Origin: an uncultured Acidobacteriota bacterium
GTDB taxonomy: Bacteria; Acidobacteriota; Vicinamibacteria; Vicinamibacterales; CAVVIG01
Assembly (NCBI GenBank): GCA_963724725.1
Contig: CAVRVT010000004.1
Coordinates: 3,048,892-3,080,891 of the forward strand
Reading direction: 5' to 3'
DNA: 32,000 nucleotides
Part shown: piece by piece, positions 16,641 through 25,100 of the stretch
Numbering within the stretch: position 1 is the first letter of the stretch
Layout of the letters: each line of letters begins with the position of its first letter
The notes under the pieces: generated by a model
Database searches by the model: none
What the model was told of the DNA's origin: nothing
The model's input: only the letters and a program-made list of their open reading frames with translations
Program-made: the position numbers and the translations under genes

Positions 16641-18869
16641 CTATGACGTTATCACGTTCGAGTCAGACAGCTGGGTCTGTTCGTCTGGCTCCGGCGTCTG
16701 GCGCAGATCCGCCTGAACGTACACATACGCGCTGCCGCTGCGCAGGTAGTTCTCGAAGCGGTCGAGAACAGCCGCGCGGCGCAGCCACTCAGGGCCCGAG
16801 GCAACCACGCGCTCGTCGATGAGCGAGGAGAGGTAACCGAACCGCGCCGCGATGGCGCGTTCGCGGACCGCTTTGAGCAGTGCGTTCTCGAGCTCGGCCT
16901 GGTTCTGCACGGTCGGCACCGTCGCGAGCGCCTGAACGTAGAACGTGTTGCCCTCTCCTGCGTGCGGGTCGGACGCGCTGCCCTCTTCGTCATGATTCTC
17001 GAGCGCACTGCCAAGAACGTAGCCGACCAGCCGGCCGGACACACGGTCGCGGGCCGCGACTCCAATCGCGCCGCTGTTCCCCATCGTCGTCTCGAGCGTT
17101 TCGAGCGGAAACTGGAGCAGCGGCCGCCGCCCCGCGCGCAAGACGTCGGGGGGATACGGCGCCGCAGGGCCGTAACGCTCCTGCTCCACGGCCAGAATCT
17201 GCTGCTTGAGTATTTCGAACGTCGCGGGAACGAGATCGATGACGTCGATGGTGTCGAGCGGCATCTCCAGCGTGCCGACGCGGACCTTCACGACACCGGG
17301 CACGTCGGACGCGGCGCGTCCCACGATATCCTCCACGGCGAGGCGGAGAATCGTCAGCGCTTCATCGATGGCGTACGGTTCCGTGTTGTAGCGCGGGTAG
17401 AAGCGCACCGTCCGCTCGCCCGCGGCGAGCAGCACGAGCCCGCGCCGAAACGCCCGGTCGCGCAGCGCCTCCCCGAGATCGGCCCGGGCGACGTCGAACC
17501 CGAGCATGACGCCGGCGCCGCGGACATTCTTCAGGATTTCCGGGTAGTCGCGCGTCAACGCCTCGAGTCCGTTTCGCGCGCGCCCGCCCGTCTGCCGGAC
17601 CTGGTCGAGATTCAATTTATCCATGAGGGCGAGCAGCCGAACCATGCCGACGGAATCGCCTTCCCAGGTCGTGTTGAACTTCTTTTCCTCCTGGAAGAAC
17701 GTGGCAAGCTCTTCGCTGACGAACAGCACGCCGTTCTGGGCTTTCTTGGCCCACGTCACGAGGTCCGGCGGACACGGCAGATCGAAAAGCTCGTGGGCCC
17801 AGAGGCGTCCGGTCATGCCCCAGCCGCTCTGCACTTCGTCGAACACCAGCGGCACGTCGTACACGCGGGTCAGCAGGCGAAGCTTGCGCATGAAGCGGGC
17901 GCTTGTCTGGCGCACGCCGCCCTCGCCTTGAATCGGCTCGACGAGCACCGCAGCGACTCGTCTCGAGCGGCGGACGACGTCGGGTGTCAGATTCGTGCGC
18001 TGCGTCCGGACGAAGGCCTGCACGGCCTCCGCGTCGCACGGCGCCGCAAGGAAGTCGTCGATCGCCTCCATCTCCCGTCGGAACGTATCCTTGCTCTTCT
18101 CCGCTTTCGGCAGCCGTCCCGAGACGAGAAGGTCCCACAACTGCTTGAGGCTCCGTTCTTCCCGCCGCGCGGTTTCCTTCGGCGATCGCGGCTCTTCGAC
18201 CGGGAACGAAATGTGCGGCCAGTCGAACGTCGGAAAGCCGAGCCGCGCCTTCTTCCGGTGCGTCACGGCGAGGCTGCCGAGCGTACGGCCGTGGAACGCA
18301 CCTTCGAACGAGACGATGAAACCGCCATCGCCATCGGGCGAGGTGATCACGCGGTTCAGCAGCACGGACTTGATCGCGTTCTCGACGGCCTCGGCACCCG
18401 TGTTGACGATGAAATGACGCGGCGTCCCGGCTGGTGCGATCTTGTTCAACTCGGATTTGAGGCGCAGCGACAGCGTCGTCTGGTACTCGGAATGGGCGTA
18501 GCGCGACACCGCGAACGGCAACGCGTTCGCGATCGCCTCGACCACGACCGGTTCGTTCTCGCCGAACGCCGCCGTCGCGATGAGGGCACCCATGTCGAGA
18601 AAGCGATACGGCTCGCCCTGCGGGTCGCGATCGACGATGGCGAGGTAGGGACCGACGGCTTCGGCGGGATCGAACGCGACGGGCAACGAGAAGAAAAGGC
18701 TGCGCGATGCCGCCTGCAACGCCGAGTGCGACAGGGGCAGATACTGCTCGACCAGTTGGTCGAGCGTGTGCTCGCCGTCGAGGAACGTCTCCGGAACGTT
18801 GACGTGGACGGCACCGGACCGGTACCGGACATTGAGCGCTGCGGTGTGCTGGAGGAAGTCGGCGACCAA
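16641..18869 (-). CDS. class-III PLP aminotransferase (L-lysine 6-aminotransferase-like) fused to a C-terminal GNAT-like domain
   Basis: ORF 16641..19367, whose first ~166 codons overlap the upstream gene and are Arg/Ser junk. The first plausible start is TTG 18869. LAT-like blocks are YRFLDMGALIATAAFGENEP, FDEVQSGWGMTGRLWAHE and VTWAKKAQNG (PLP Lys). The C-terminal ~260 aa (GRLVGYVLGSALE..TFYVQALATVPTVQNQAELENALLKAVRE) are GNAT-like, tentatively. Confidence 0.75.
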   Translation of the reverse strand: MVADFLQHTAALNVRYRSGAVHVNVPETFLDGEHTLDQLVEQYLPLSHSALQAASRSLFFSLPVAFDPAEAVGPYLAIVDRDPQGEPYRFLDMGALIATAAFGENEPVVVEAIANALPFAVSRYAHSEYQTTLSLRLKSELNKIAPAGTPRHFIVNTGAEAVENAIKSVLLNRVITSPDGDGGFIVSFEGAFHGRTLGSLAVTHRKKARLGFPTFDWPHISFPVEEPRSPKETARREERSLKQLWDLLVSGRLPKAEKSKDTFRREMEAIDDFLAAPCDAEAVQAFVRTQRTNLTPDVVRRSRRVAAVLVEPIQGEGGVRQTSARFMRKLRLLTRVYDVPLVFDEVQSGWGMTGRLWAHELFDLPCPPDLVTWAKKAQNGVLFVSEELATFFQEEKKFNTTWEGDSVGMVRLLALMDKLNLDQVRQTGGRARNGLEALTRDYPEILKNVRGAGVMLGFDVARADLGEALRDRAFRRGLVLLAAGERTVRFYPRYNTEPYAIDEALTILRLAVEDIVGRAASDVPGVVKVRVGTLEMPLDTIDVIDLVPATFEILKQQILAVEQERYGPAAPYPPDVLRAGRRPLLQFPLETLETTMGNSGAIGVAARDRVSGRLVGYVLGSALENHDEEGSASDPHAGEGNTFYVQALATVPTVQNQAELENALLKAVRERAIAARFGYLSSLIDERVVASGPEWLRRAAVLDRFENYLRSGSAYVYVQADLRQTPEPDEQTQLSDSNVITS

Positions 18870-18894
18870 ACCGGTAGTGTACCCGCGGAGACCT

Positions 18895-20061
18895 TCAGGT
18901 CGTGAGCGCCGGCTCGCCCGTCCGAAGGAACCAGCGATCGAGGACGACGTGGCGGACGAGCCATGGGAACGCCAGCAGTTGGGCCCCGAACCATGCGGCC
19001 GCTCCTTCGGGCACGAGGCGCGACGGCCCCGAGCCGGACCCGCGACCGTCGCCAAAGCGCGTGGCCAGTCGTCGATCGTACGCCGCGAGCCGTTCCGCCG
19101 AGTAGTCGGCGCGTGCGTCGAGAATCGTCGAGGCAGCGAGCAGCCCCGACTCGATCGCCGGACGGATGCCTTCGCCGCTCTGCGGATACGCGAGCCCGAT
19201 GGCGTCGCCCGCGAGCAGCACGCCATCGCCGGACGCGCGACCTCGCCCGGGCCGCGACAGGCGGTAGGCGTGGCCGCGCCACCCTCTCGCCTCCAGTGCA
19301 CCGGATGGCACCACGCCGCGCGCCCGAAGCTCGGCGACAAACTCCGCGGTTGCTGTCGGGCACGCACGCGGATTCAGGCTGCCGACGCCGATGTTCACGT
19401 GACCCTGCTTGCGAAAGATCCAGCCGTAGCCTTTGAGGTCGCTGGTGAAGTACAGCTCGGGGGTGTCTGCGGCCGTGGTGAATTGGCGGGCGTGCTCGGG
19501 CGCGATCGGAAACTCCGTTTCCTGCGCAACGACAACGGCCCGGCTCGCAGAGCGTGTGTGTCGCTCGGCTGGAGCCTCGAGCTCCGGCGTCGGGTTCAGC
19601 AGGCGCGCGACGGGACACCAGTGTCCTCCCGCGCCAACCAGGACGGGCGCGCGGGCACGGTCGTTGACGATCCAGTTGCCGTGCTCCCGCCGCAGACTGG
19701 AGACCGGCGCGCCGAGTTCCAGCCGCGCGCCGGATCGGCGCAGCAGATAGTCGTCGAACTCGCATCGCCTGATGCCGTAGCTGACGACGCGGTCGTAGCT
19801 GATGAATCGCAACGGCGCGCGTCCCATGACGCCGACGCGAAATCCGGTGATGGACTGCAGCGTTCGCCCGGAGCCATACTCCCCCAGGTCCAGCTCGAGA
19901 TCGTCAACGGCCTGCGGGGTGATCCAGCCGGCGCACACCTTGTCGCGAGGAAACGCGGCGCGATCCCAGACGGACACGTCGAGACCCGCCCGGCGAAGCC
20001 GCCAGGCACACGACGACCCTGCCGGTCCGCCGCCGATGATGATGACGTCGTGGCGCTGCAC
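18895..20061 (-). CDS. FAD-dependent oxidoreductase, geranylgeranyl-reductase-like family
   Basis: ORF 18895..20574, trimmed to GTG 20061 (GGGAGA 4 nt upstream, 35 nt after the cfa stop). It has the dinucleotide fold HDVIIIGGGPAGSSCA and the GGR-type block LLAGDAIGLAYPQSGEGIRPAIESG. Confidence 0.85.
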   Translation of the reverse strand: MQRHDVIIIGGGPAGSSCAWRLRRAGLDVSVWDRAAFPRDKVCAGWITPQAVDDLELDLGEYGSGRTLQSITGFRVGVMGRAPLRFISYDRVVSYGIRRCEFDDYLLRRSGARLELGAPVSSLRREHGNWIVNDRARAPVLVGAGGHWCPVARLLNPTPELEAPAERHTRSASRAVVVAQETEFPIAPEHARQFTTAADTPELYFTSDLKGYGWIFRKQGHVNIGVGSLNPRACPTATAEFVAELRARGVVPSGALEARGWRGHAYRLSRPGRGRASGDGVLLAGDAIGLAYPQSGEGIRPAIESGLLAASTILDARADYSAERLAAYDRRLATRFGDGRGSGSGPSRLVPEGAAAWFGAQLLAFPWLVRHVVLDRWFLRTGEPALTT

Positions 20062-20096
20062 GTTGTCTCCCGGGTCTCCCGTGGCGTCCCCGCTCG

Positions 20097-21314
20097 TCAG
20101 GCGGCGTCGCGCGTCCAGGGGATCGCGTTGCTGCCACCCCGTGCGAACACGATCTGAAAGAGCTGCATCGCGCCGGTCGTGAACGCGACCTGCGATCCGG
20201 CGAGGTAGAGCCGCCAGGCCCGGACGAAGGTGTCGTCGAACATCTCGGCCACCTGCGCGGACGAGTCCTCGAAGCGGCGGAACCAGTGGTCCAGCGTCCG
20301 GGCGTAGTGCAGCCGGAGGTTCTCTACGTCGAGCACCGACAGCGACGCCGGCTCGACGAGGTGTTCGAAGACTTCGCGCAGCGCCGGAGGATAGGCGCCC
20401 GGGAAGATGCGCTTGCGAATCCAGGCATTGAGCGGCGCGGGTCGATCGCGCCCGATGAAGTGCAGGAGTCCACGGCCGTCGCGCGCGAGCGTCCGGCCGA
20501 TGACCCCTCCGAGGGTCGGATAGTCCGGCAGACCGACATGCTCGAGCATCCCGACAGAGACGAACACGTCGCACGCACTTGACGCGTGGCGATAGTCGTC
20601 CTCGACGAATTCGACGGCGCCCGCCAGCCCTTCCCGCGCGGCGCGGGCGCGCGCAAATGCAATCTGTTCGGCTGACACGTTGAACGCCCGCACCGAAACG
20701 CCGTATTCGCGCGCCATGAACAGCGCGAGCGAGCCCCAGCCGCAGCCGACTTCGAGAACGCGTTCACCGGGTTGGAGACGAAGCTTTCGACACACGCGTT
20801 CCATCTTGGCAATCTGCGCGGCTTCGAGTGTGTCCTGTGGCGTCGGAAAGTACGCACAGGTGTACACCATCTCGCGATCGAGCCACAGCCGATAGAAATC
20901 GTTGCCCAAGTCGTAATGATGATGCACGTTGTCCCTGGACGCGGCCATGTCGTTCGCGCGATCGAATCTCCACCAGGGCCGGGGGCGAACCGGGGGCAGC
21001 GCGCGATACACCGCCTCGAGGAGCTGCACGAGATCGCCGTGGATCTCGACGGCGCCCGACATGTAGCTCTCGCCGAAATTCAAATCGGGGTCCCACACCC
21101 AGCCGACGAGCGCACGGCGGTTCTTGAACTGGATGGTGGCAATGGGGGGTGACGCCCCGCCCGTCACCGAGTAGTCATCCCACAGCGAGAAGCGGATCGG
21201 CGCGGACGCAACGCTCAGCTGGACGCGCTTGAGGGCCAACCGATCGAGCGCGGTCGAGCCACCTGATGCGATGCGATCCGAAACGGTTGAAACGAGGAGC
21301 GGATGGTCGTGCAT
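20097..21314 (-). CDS. cfa: cyclopropane-fatty-acyl-phospholipid synthase family SAM methyltransferase
   Basis: 405-aa ORF with AGGGAG 7 nt upstream. CFA-family blocks are HYDLGNDFYRLWLD, MVYTCAYF, VLEVGCGWGSLALFMA (SAM motif I) and SVGMLEHVG. Confidence 0.9.
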   Translation of the reverse strand: MHDHPLLVSTVSDRIASGGSTALDRLALKRVQLSVASAPIRFSLWDDYSVTGGASPPIATIQFKNRRALVGWVWDPDLNFGESYMSGAVEIHGDLVQLLEAVYRALPPVRPRPWWRFDRANDMAASRDNVHHHYDLGNDFYRLWLDREMVYTCAYFPTPQDTLEAAQIAKMERVCRKLRLQPGERVLEVGCGWGSLALFMAREYGVSVRAFNVSAEQIAFARARAAREGLAGAVEFVEDDYRHASSACDVFVSVGMLEHVGLPDYPTLGGVIGRTLARDGRGLLHFIGRDRPAPLNAWIRKRIFPGAYPPALREVFEHLVEPASLSVLDVENLRLHYARTLDHWFRRFEDSSAQVAEMFDDTFVRAWRLYLAGSQVAFTTGAMQLFQIVFARGGSNAIPWTRDAA

Positions 21315-21444
21315 GTGAAGCTCCCTTTCCTCATCACCAGCTCAGCTGCCGAATTTTCGGCGGTCGTCTTCGCAGGAAGTCGTCGCATGGGCGCAACGAG
21401 CTTGTGCGAGACTGTTGAGTGACGCCAACGAAAGGATGAATCCA

Positions 21445-22035
21445 ATGAGCAAGAAGATACTCGAAGCTGACGCCATCATGTCGCGTGCCAGACCCATCGT
21501 TCCGCAGCAGGCGCATGAAATCCAGCCGTACGGCCATATCATCAGGCTGCCGAACGCGCTCTCCGAATCGGTCTGCCAGGAATCGGTGGAAAACCTCAAC
21601 CAGATCCTGGCGGACACGATCACGCTCCGCGATCTCTATAAGAAACATCACTGGCAGGTGGCCGGCCCGACGTTCTACCAGCTCCATCTGCTGTTCGACA
21701 AACACTACAACGAGCAGAACGAACTGGTCGACTCCATCGCCGAGCGCATCCAGTTGCTCGGCGGCGTGAGCCTGGCGATGGCGGCGGACGTCGCCGAAAC
21801 CACGCTCATTCCGCGTCCGCCCAAAGGCCGCGAGGAAGCGCCCATCCAGATCTCACGGCTGTTGCACGGCCACGAGATCATCCTGAAGGAGGCGCGCGCG
21901 ATGGCGAAGCGCGCCGCGGACGGAGGCGACGACGGCACCAATGACCTCCTCGTCAGCGACGTCGTGCGCACCAACGAGCTGCAGGTCTGGTTCATCGCCG
22001 AGCACCTCGTGGACGTGCCGCTCGGTACGGGCTGA
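21445..22035 (+). CDS. dps: Dps (DNA starvation/stationary-phase protection, ferritin-like)
   Basis: ORF 21415..22035. The blocks LYKKHHWQVAGPTFYQLHLLFDKHY..ELVDSIAERIQLLGG are classic Dps ferroxidase-site helices. ATG 21445 has AAGGA 9 nt upstream; 21415/21436 are alternative starts. Confidence 0.9.
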   Translation: MSKKILEADAIMSRARPIVPQQAHEIQPYGHIIRLPNALSESVCQESVENLNQILADTITLRDLYKKHHWQVAGPTFYQLHLLFDKHYNEQNELVDSIAERIQLLGGVSLAMAADVAETTLIPRPPKGREEAPIQISRLLHGHEIILKEARAMAKRAADGGDDGTNDLLVSDVVRTNELQVWFIAEHLVDVPLGTG

Positions 22036-22040
22036 CTAGG

Positions 22041-22165
22041 CGCTCGGCTGACGCCTCGCGCTCCTCCGGCAGGGCTCTCGCTCGGCTGAAGCCATCGCGC
22101 TCCGATGGACGGCTCCAGCGCGCCGCTGCGGTCGGCCGTTGGAGCGCGATGGCTTCAGCCGAGCG
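22041..22165. repeat. BIME-like cluster of three family-1 REP-like copies including a perfect 25-bp inverted repeat
   Basis: Forward copies lie at 22041-22064 and 22079-22103, and an inverted copy at 22141-22165. The sequences 22079-22103 and 22141-22165 are exact reverse complements (CGCTCGGCTGAAGCCATCGCGCTCC) with a 37-nt loop. Confidence 0.9.
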
Positions 22166-22319
22166 CAGTGCTCGTCATCAACTGCCCTGAATTGTCGCTT
22201 TCCGTGTGACAACCCGTGTCACTCCGACTGCGCCAGCGTGCAGCGCTGCGCAAAAACACCGGCACTCGTCTTGATAGACCTGACGGTCCAGCGTCCGTTT
22301 TCGCGAAAGGAGCGACGCT

Positions 22320-22562
22320 GTGAGCAGTCCGAATCTCAAGCTCAGGGTATCGAGCGACCGTTTCAGCATGACGCCGCTGCCCTATCAGGTCGATTCGCAA
22401 TGCACGTTCGGTGACGGCTGCCGGAATCGCGCGAGCCACCGTCTTCTCCTCCCGCGCGAAGGCGCCGGCGTTCAGCTGCTCTGCGACGAACACACGCTGG
22501 AGTGGGCTGATGGCCACGGCCTGCGGATCACGACGGCGCGTCGCGGCGATTCAGCGGCGTAG
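22320..22562 (+). CDS. small hypothetical protein (80 aa), Cys/His-containing
   Basis: GTG start with AAGGAG (22307-22312) 7 nt upstream and high GC3. The residue pattern C-x4-C ... C-x2-H (QCTFGDGC...LCDEH) is present. The gene is bracketed by REP-like copies. Confidence 0.45.
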   Translation: MSSPNLKLRVSSDRFSMTPLPYQVDSQCTFGDGCRNRASHRLLLPREGAGVQLLCDEHTLEWADGHGLRITTARRGDSAA

Positions 22563-22567
22563 CCAGA

Positions 22568-22591
22568 CGCTCGGCGGAAGCCTCGCGCTCC
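22568..22591 (+). repeat. REP-like 24-nt element, family 1
   Basis: CGCTCGGCGGAAGCCTCGCGCTCC, 6 nt after the stop of ORF 22320..22562. Confidence 0.8.
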
Positions 22592-22596
22592 GCGGG

Positions 22597-24291
22597 TCAG
22601 TCGCGAAGGCCGAACACACAGAGCGACAACCCGGCAATCGTGGCGACATACTGCTTGCCGTCGGCGTCGTACGTCATGGGTCCGCTCACGATCTGCGCGC
22701 CGAGGCTGGTCTTCCAGAGCAGCACGCCGCTTCGCGCATCGAGCGCCTGAAAGAACCCTTCGCGACCGCCTGTGAAGAGCAAATCCGACGCCGTCGTCAG
22801 AATGCCACTGTCGGTGACGTCGGTCATCGCAAAACGCCACTTCATCTCGCCCGTCGTCGCATCGAGCGCGAGCACGGCGCCCGTGGCCGCCGCTTCCGTC
22901 CAGTTGTTGATGGGACCGCGGCGCAGTCCGGGAACGGCCGGCGCGCCAGGAACCGGCACGTACGGACGGTTGACGCCGCCGCCGAAGTTGCGGCCCTCCT
23001 GGTACTCGACCGGCGTGCCGCCGAAGATCGTCGCATAGCCTTCCCAGGCCGACACGTAGAACAAACCGGTCCGTGGACTGAATGACGGTGAATACCAGTT
23101 CGTCCCGCCCTGGTTGCCTGGCCACGTGGGCTGCCCTGGCGGCTGCTCGGTCTGAATCGGGCGTCCGCGCTCGTCGAAGCCGTTCGACCAGTTCACCTTC
23201 ACGAACGGCCGCCCGACGAGAAACTTGCCCGTCTCGCGCTCGAGGACGTAGAAGTTGCCGTTGCGGTTCGCCCACAACATCGCTTTGAGCGGCGCGCCCC
23301 GCCAGGTGATGTCGGCGAGGATCGGAATCTGGACGGAATCGTAGTCGTACCGATCGTGCGGCGTGAACTGATAGTGCCATTTCAACCGGCCGGTGTCGGC
23401 GTCGAGCGCGACCACGGAATCCGTATAGAGATTGTCGCCGGGCCGCTGATCGGCGTTCCAGTCCGGGCCGGCATTGCCGACGCCCCAGTAGGTCAGGTTC
23501 AGGTCCGGATCGAACGATCCGGTGACCCACACCGAACCGCCGCCGTGTTTCCACGCCTCGGAGTCACAGAAATTGGCCGGCGTCGGCGGACAGGGCTTCC
23601 AGGTATCGAAGCCGGCTTCGCCCGGGCCGGGAATGGTGTAGAAGCGCCAGACTTCGTGACCTGTCTTCGCGTTGAAGGCGGCGACGAAGCCCCGGATACC
23701 GTATTCGCCGCCGCCGACACCGACGATGATTTTGTCTTTCACGGCGAGCGGCGCGAGCGTCAGCGAATAACCGCTCTTGCTCTCGGCGACCTGTGTATTC
23801 CAGAGCGGACGTCCGGTCTTCGCGTCGATGGCGACCAGGTGGGCGTCGAGCGTGCCCATGAACAAGGTGTCGCCGAGAATTGCGAGACCGCGGTTGTTTG
23901 CGCCGCAACAGACGATCTGATCGGGTGCCAGCGTGTGCCTGTAGATCCAGAAAACTCGGCCCGTCTTCGCATCGAGCGCCACGACGTCGTTGGGGCGCTG
24001 TGTCAGATACATCACGCCGTCGACGACGAGCGGCGTCGTCTGCCAGGCGCCGGCGACCGCCGCCTGATACATCCATTTCAATTCGAGGTTCTTGACGTTC
24101 GCCGGGCTGACCTGCGTGAGCAGGCTGTACCGGTTGCTGAAATAGCCGCCCGAATACGTCAGCCAGTTCCGCGGCTCCTTCGCGGCGTTGAGCAGCCGGT
24201 CGTATCCGACCTGGGCATGAATCGAATAGGACAGCGCGGCAACGATGCCGAGCGCCGCGAGCGCCCGCAACGGGCGCTGCCCTGTGATCAT
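22597..24291 (-). CDS. PQQ-dependent alcohol/methanol dehydrogenase family quinoprotein, lanthanide-type active-site motif
   Basis: ORF 22597..24660, trimmed to ATG 24291 (MITGQRPLRALAALGIVAALSYSIHA signal), which overlaps the upstream stop (ATGA). It has eight-bladed propeller repeats, the vicinal Cys pair QIVCCG, the block GVGGGEYGIRGF, and PHDRYDYDS (D-Y-D at 23338-23346). Confidence 0.9.
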   Translation of the reverse strand: MITGQRPLRALAALGIVAALSYSIHAQVGYDRLLNAAKEPRNWLTYSGGYFSNRYSLLTQVSPANVKNLELKWMYQAAVAGAWQTTPLVVDGVMYLTQRPNDVVALDAKTGRVFWIYRHTLAPDQIVCCGANNRGLAILGDTLFMGTLDAHLVAIDAKTGRPLWNTQVAESKSGYSLTLAPLAVKDKIIVGVGGGEYGIRGFVAAFNAKTGHEVWRFYTIPGPGEAGFDTWKPCPPTPANFCDSEAWKHGGGSVWVTGSFDPDLNLTYWGVGNAGPDWNADQRPGDNLYTDSVVALDADTGRLKWHYQFTPHDRYDYDSVQIPILADITWRGAPLKAMLWANRNGNFYVLERETGKFLVGRPFVKVNWSNGFDERGRPIQTEQPPGQPTWPGNQGGTNWYSPSFSPRTGLFYVSAWEGYATIFGGTPVEYQEGRNFGGGVNRPYVPVPGAPAVPGLRRGPINNWTEAAATGAVLALDATTGEMKWRFAMTDVTDSGILTTASDLLFTGGREGFFQALDARSGVLLWKTSLGAQIVSGPMTYDADGKQYVATIAGLSLCVFGLRD

Positions 24292-25088
24292 GGCGTCACG
24301 GCTCCCTTCAGCGAGAGCAGGTAAGCGAGAAGATCGGACAGTTCGTCGGTGCGAAGCGTGTTCAAAAAGCTCGGCATCGGCGACGTCGTCACGATCGTGT
24401 ACTCGCGAAGATCCGCCTTCGTCAGCGAGGCGAGCCGCTCCTGGTCGTCGATGATCTGCACTGTGTAAGTGTCCTCGTTCAGCCGGCGGCCGTTGATGAC
24501 CCGGCCGTCCTGCGTGACGATGCGGACGGGTCGGTTGATGGGCATCATCTGCGCGCTCGGATCGACCATCGAGCGTTGAAGGGAGGCCGCGCTGCGAATC
24601 GCGCCGATGTCGCTCAGGTTGGGCGCCACCCGCGATCCGTTCGCGCCGACGCGATGACACCGGAGGCAGCCGCCACGCCCTTCGAACAGCGCGCGCCCGC
24701 GATCCGGATCGCCCGGTTTCGCGGAGCCACGGTCGAACGCGTTCATGTTGCGCAGATACGCGATGACGCCGGCGATTTCAGATGCATCGAACCTGAACGC
24801 CAGCATGCCCGTCCCGGGAAGGCCGCCGGTGATGATGCGAGTGAGGTCCTGATCGGTGACCGCGTTTCGGAACCTGCCGCTCCGCAAGTCCACGCCACCG
24901 ACGCCGTCACCGTTCGCGCCGTGGCACGTCGTGCACTGCGCGTCATAGAGCCGCGAGCCGTACGCAATGTCGGCTTCCGCGTATTCGCCCGGGTGCGCAG
25001 CCGCCGGAGGCTGAGCGCGGATGACGGAACCCGCGACGACGACCGTGAAGGTGAGTGCCAGTGCGAGGCGCCCCGCCATGCGGGGCAT
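24288..25088 (-). CDS. di-heme c-type cytochrome, secreted
   Basis: 266-aa ORF with a signal peptide and two CxxCH motifs (CTTCH, CLRCH). It is translationally coupled to the PQQ dehydrogenase. Confidence 0.85.
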   Translation of the reverse strand: MPRMAGRLALALTFTVVVAGSVIRAQPPAAAHPGEYAEADIAYGSRLYDAQCTTCHGANGDGVGGVDLRSGRFRNAVTDQDLTRIITGGLPGTGMLAFRFDASEIAGVIAYLRNMNAFDRGSAKPGDPDRGRALFEGRGGCLRCHRVGANGSRVAPNLSDIGAIRSAASLQRSMVDPSAQMMPINRPVRIVTQDGRVINGRRLNEDTYTVQIIDDQERLASLTKADLREYTIVTTSPMPSFLNTLRTDELSDLLAYLLSLKGAVTP

Positions 25089-25100
25089 TCTACGCCCGAT

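Noticed and set aside
18870-19367. N-terminal extensions of ORFs 16641..19367, 18895..20574 and 22597..24660.
   Set aside because: The extensions overlap the 3' end of the upstream gene in another frame and are Arg/Ser/Pro-rich. Plausible internal starts sit just after the upstream stop, some with SD-like sequences.
22204-22222. CRP/FNR-type site, suggested by TGTGA at 22205.
   Set aside because: The second half-site does not fit TGTGA-N6-TCACA. Only the GTGACA-N5-TGTCAC palindrome is real, and it is reported as a generic candidate operator.
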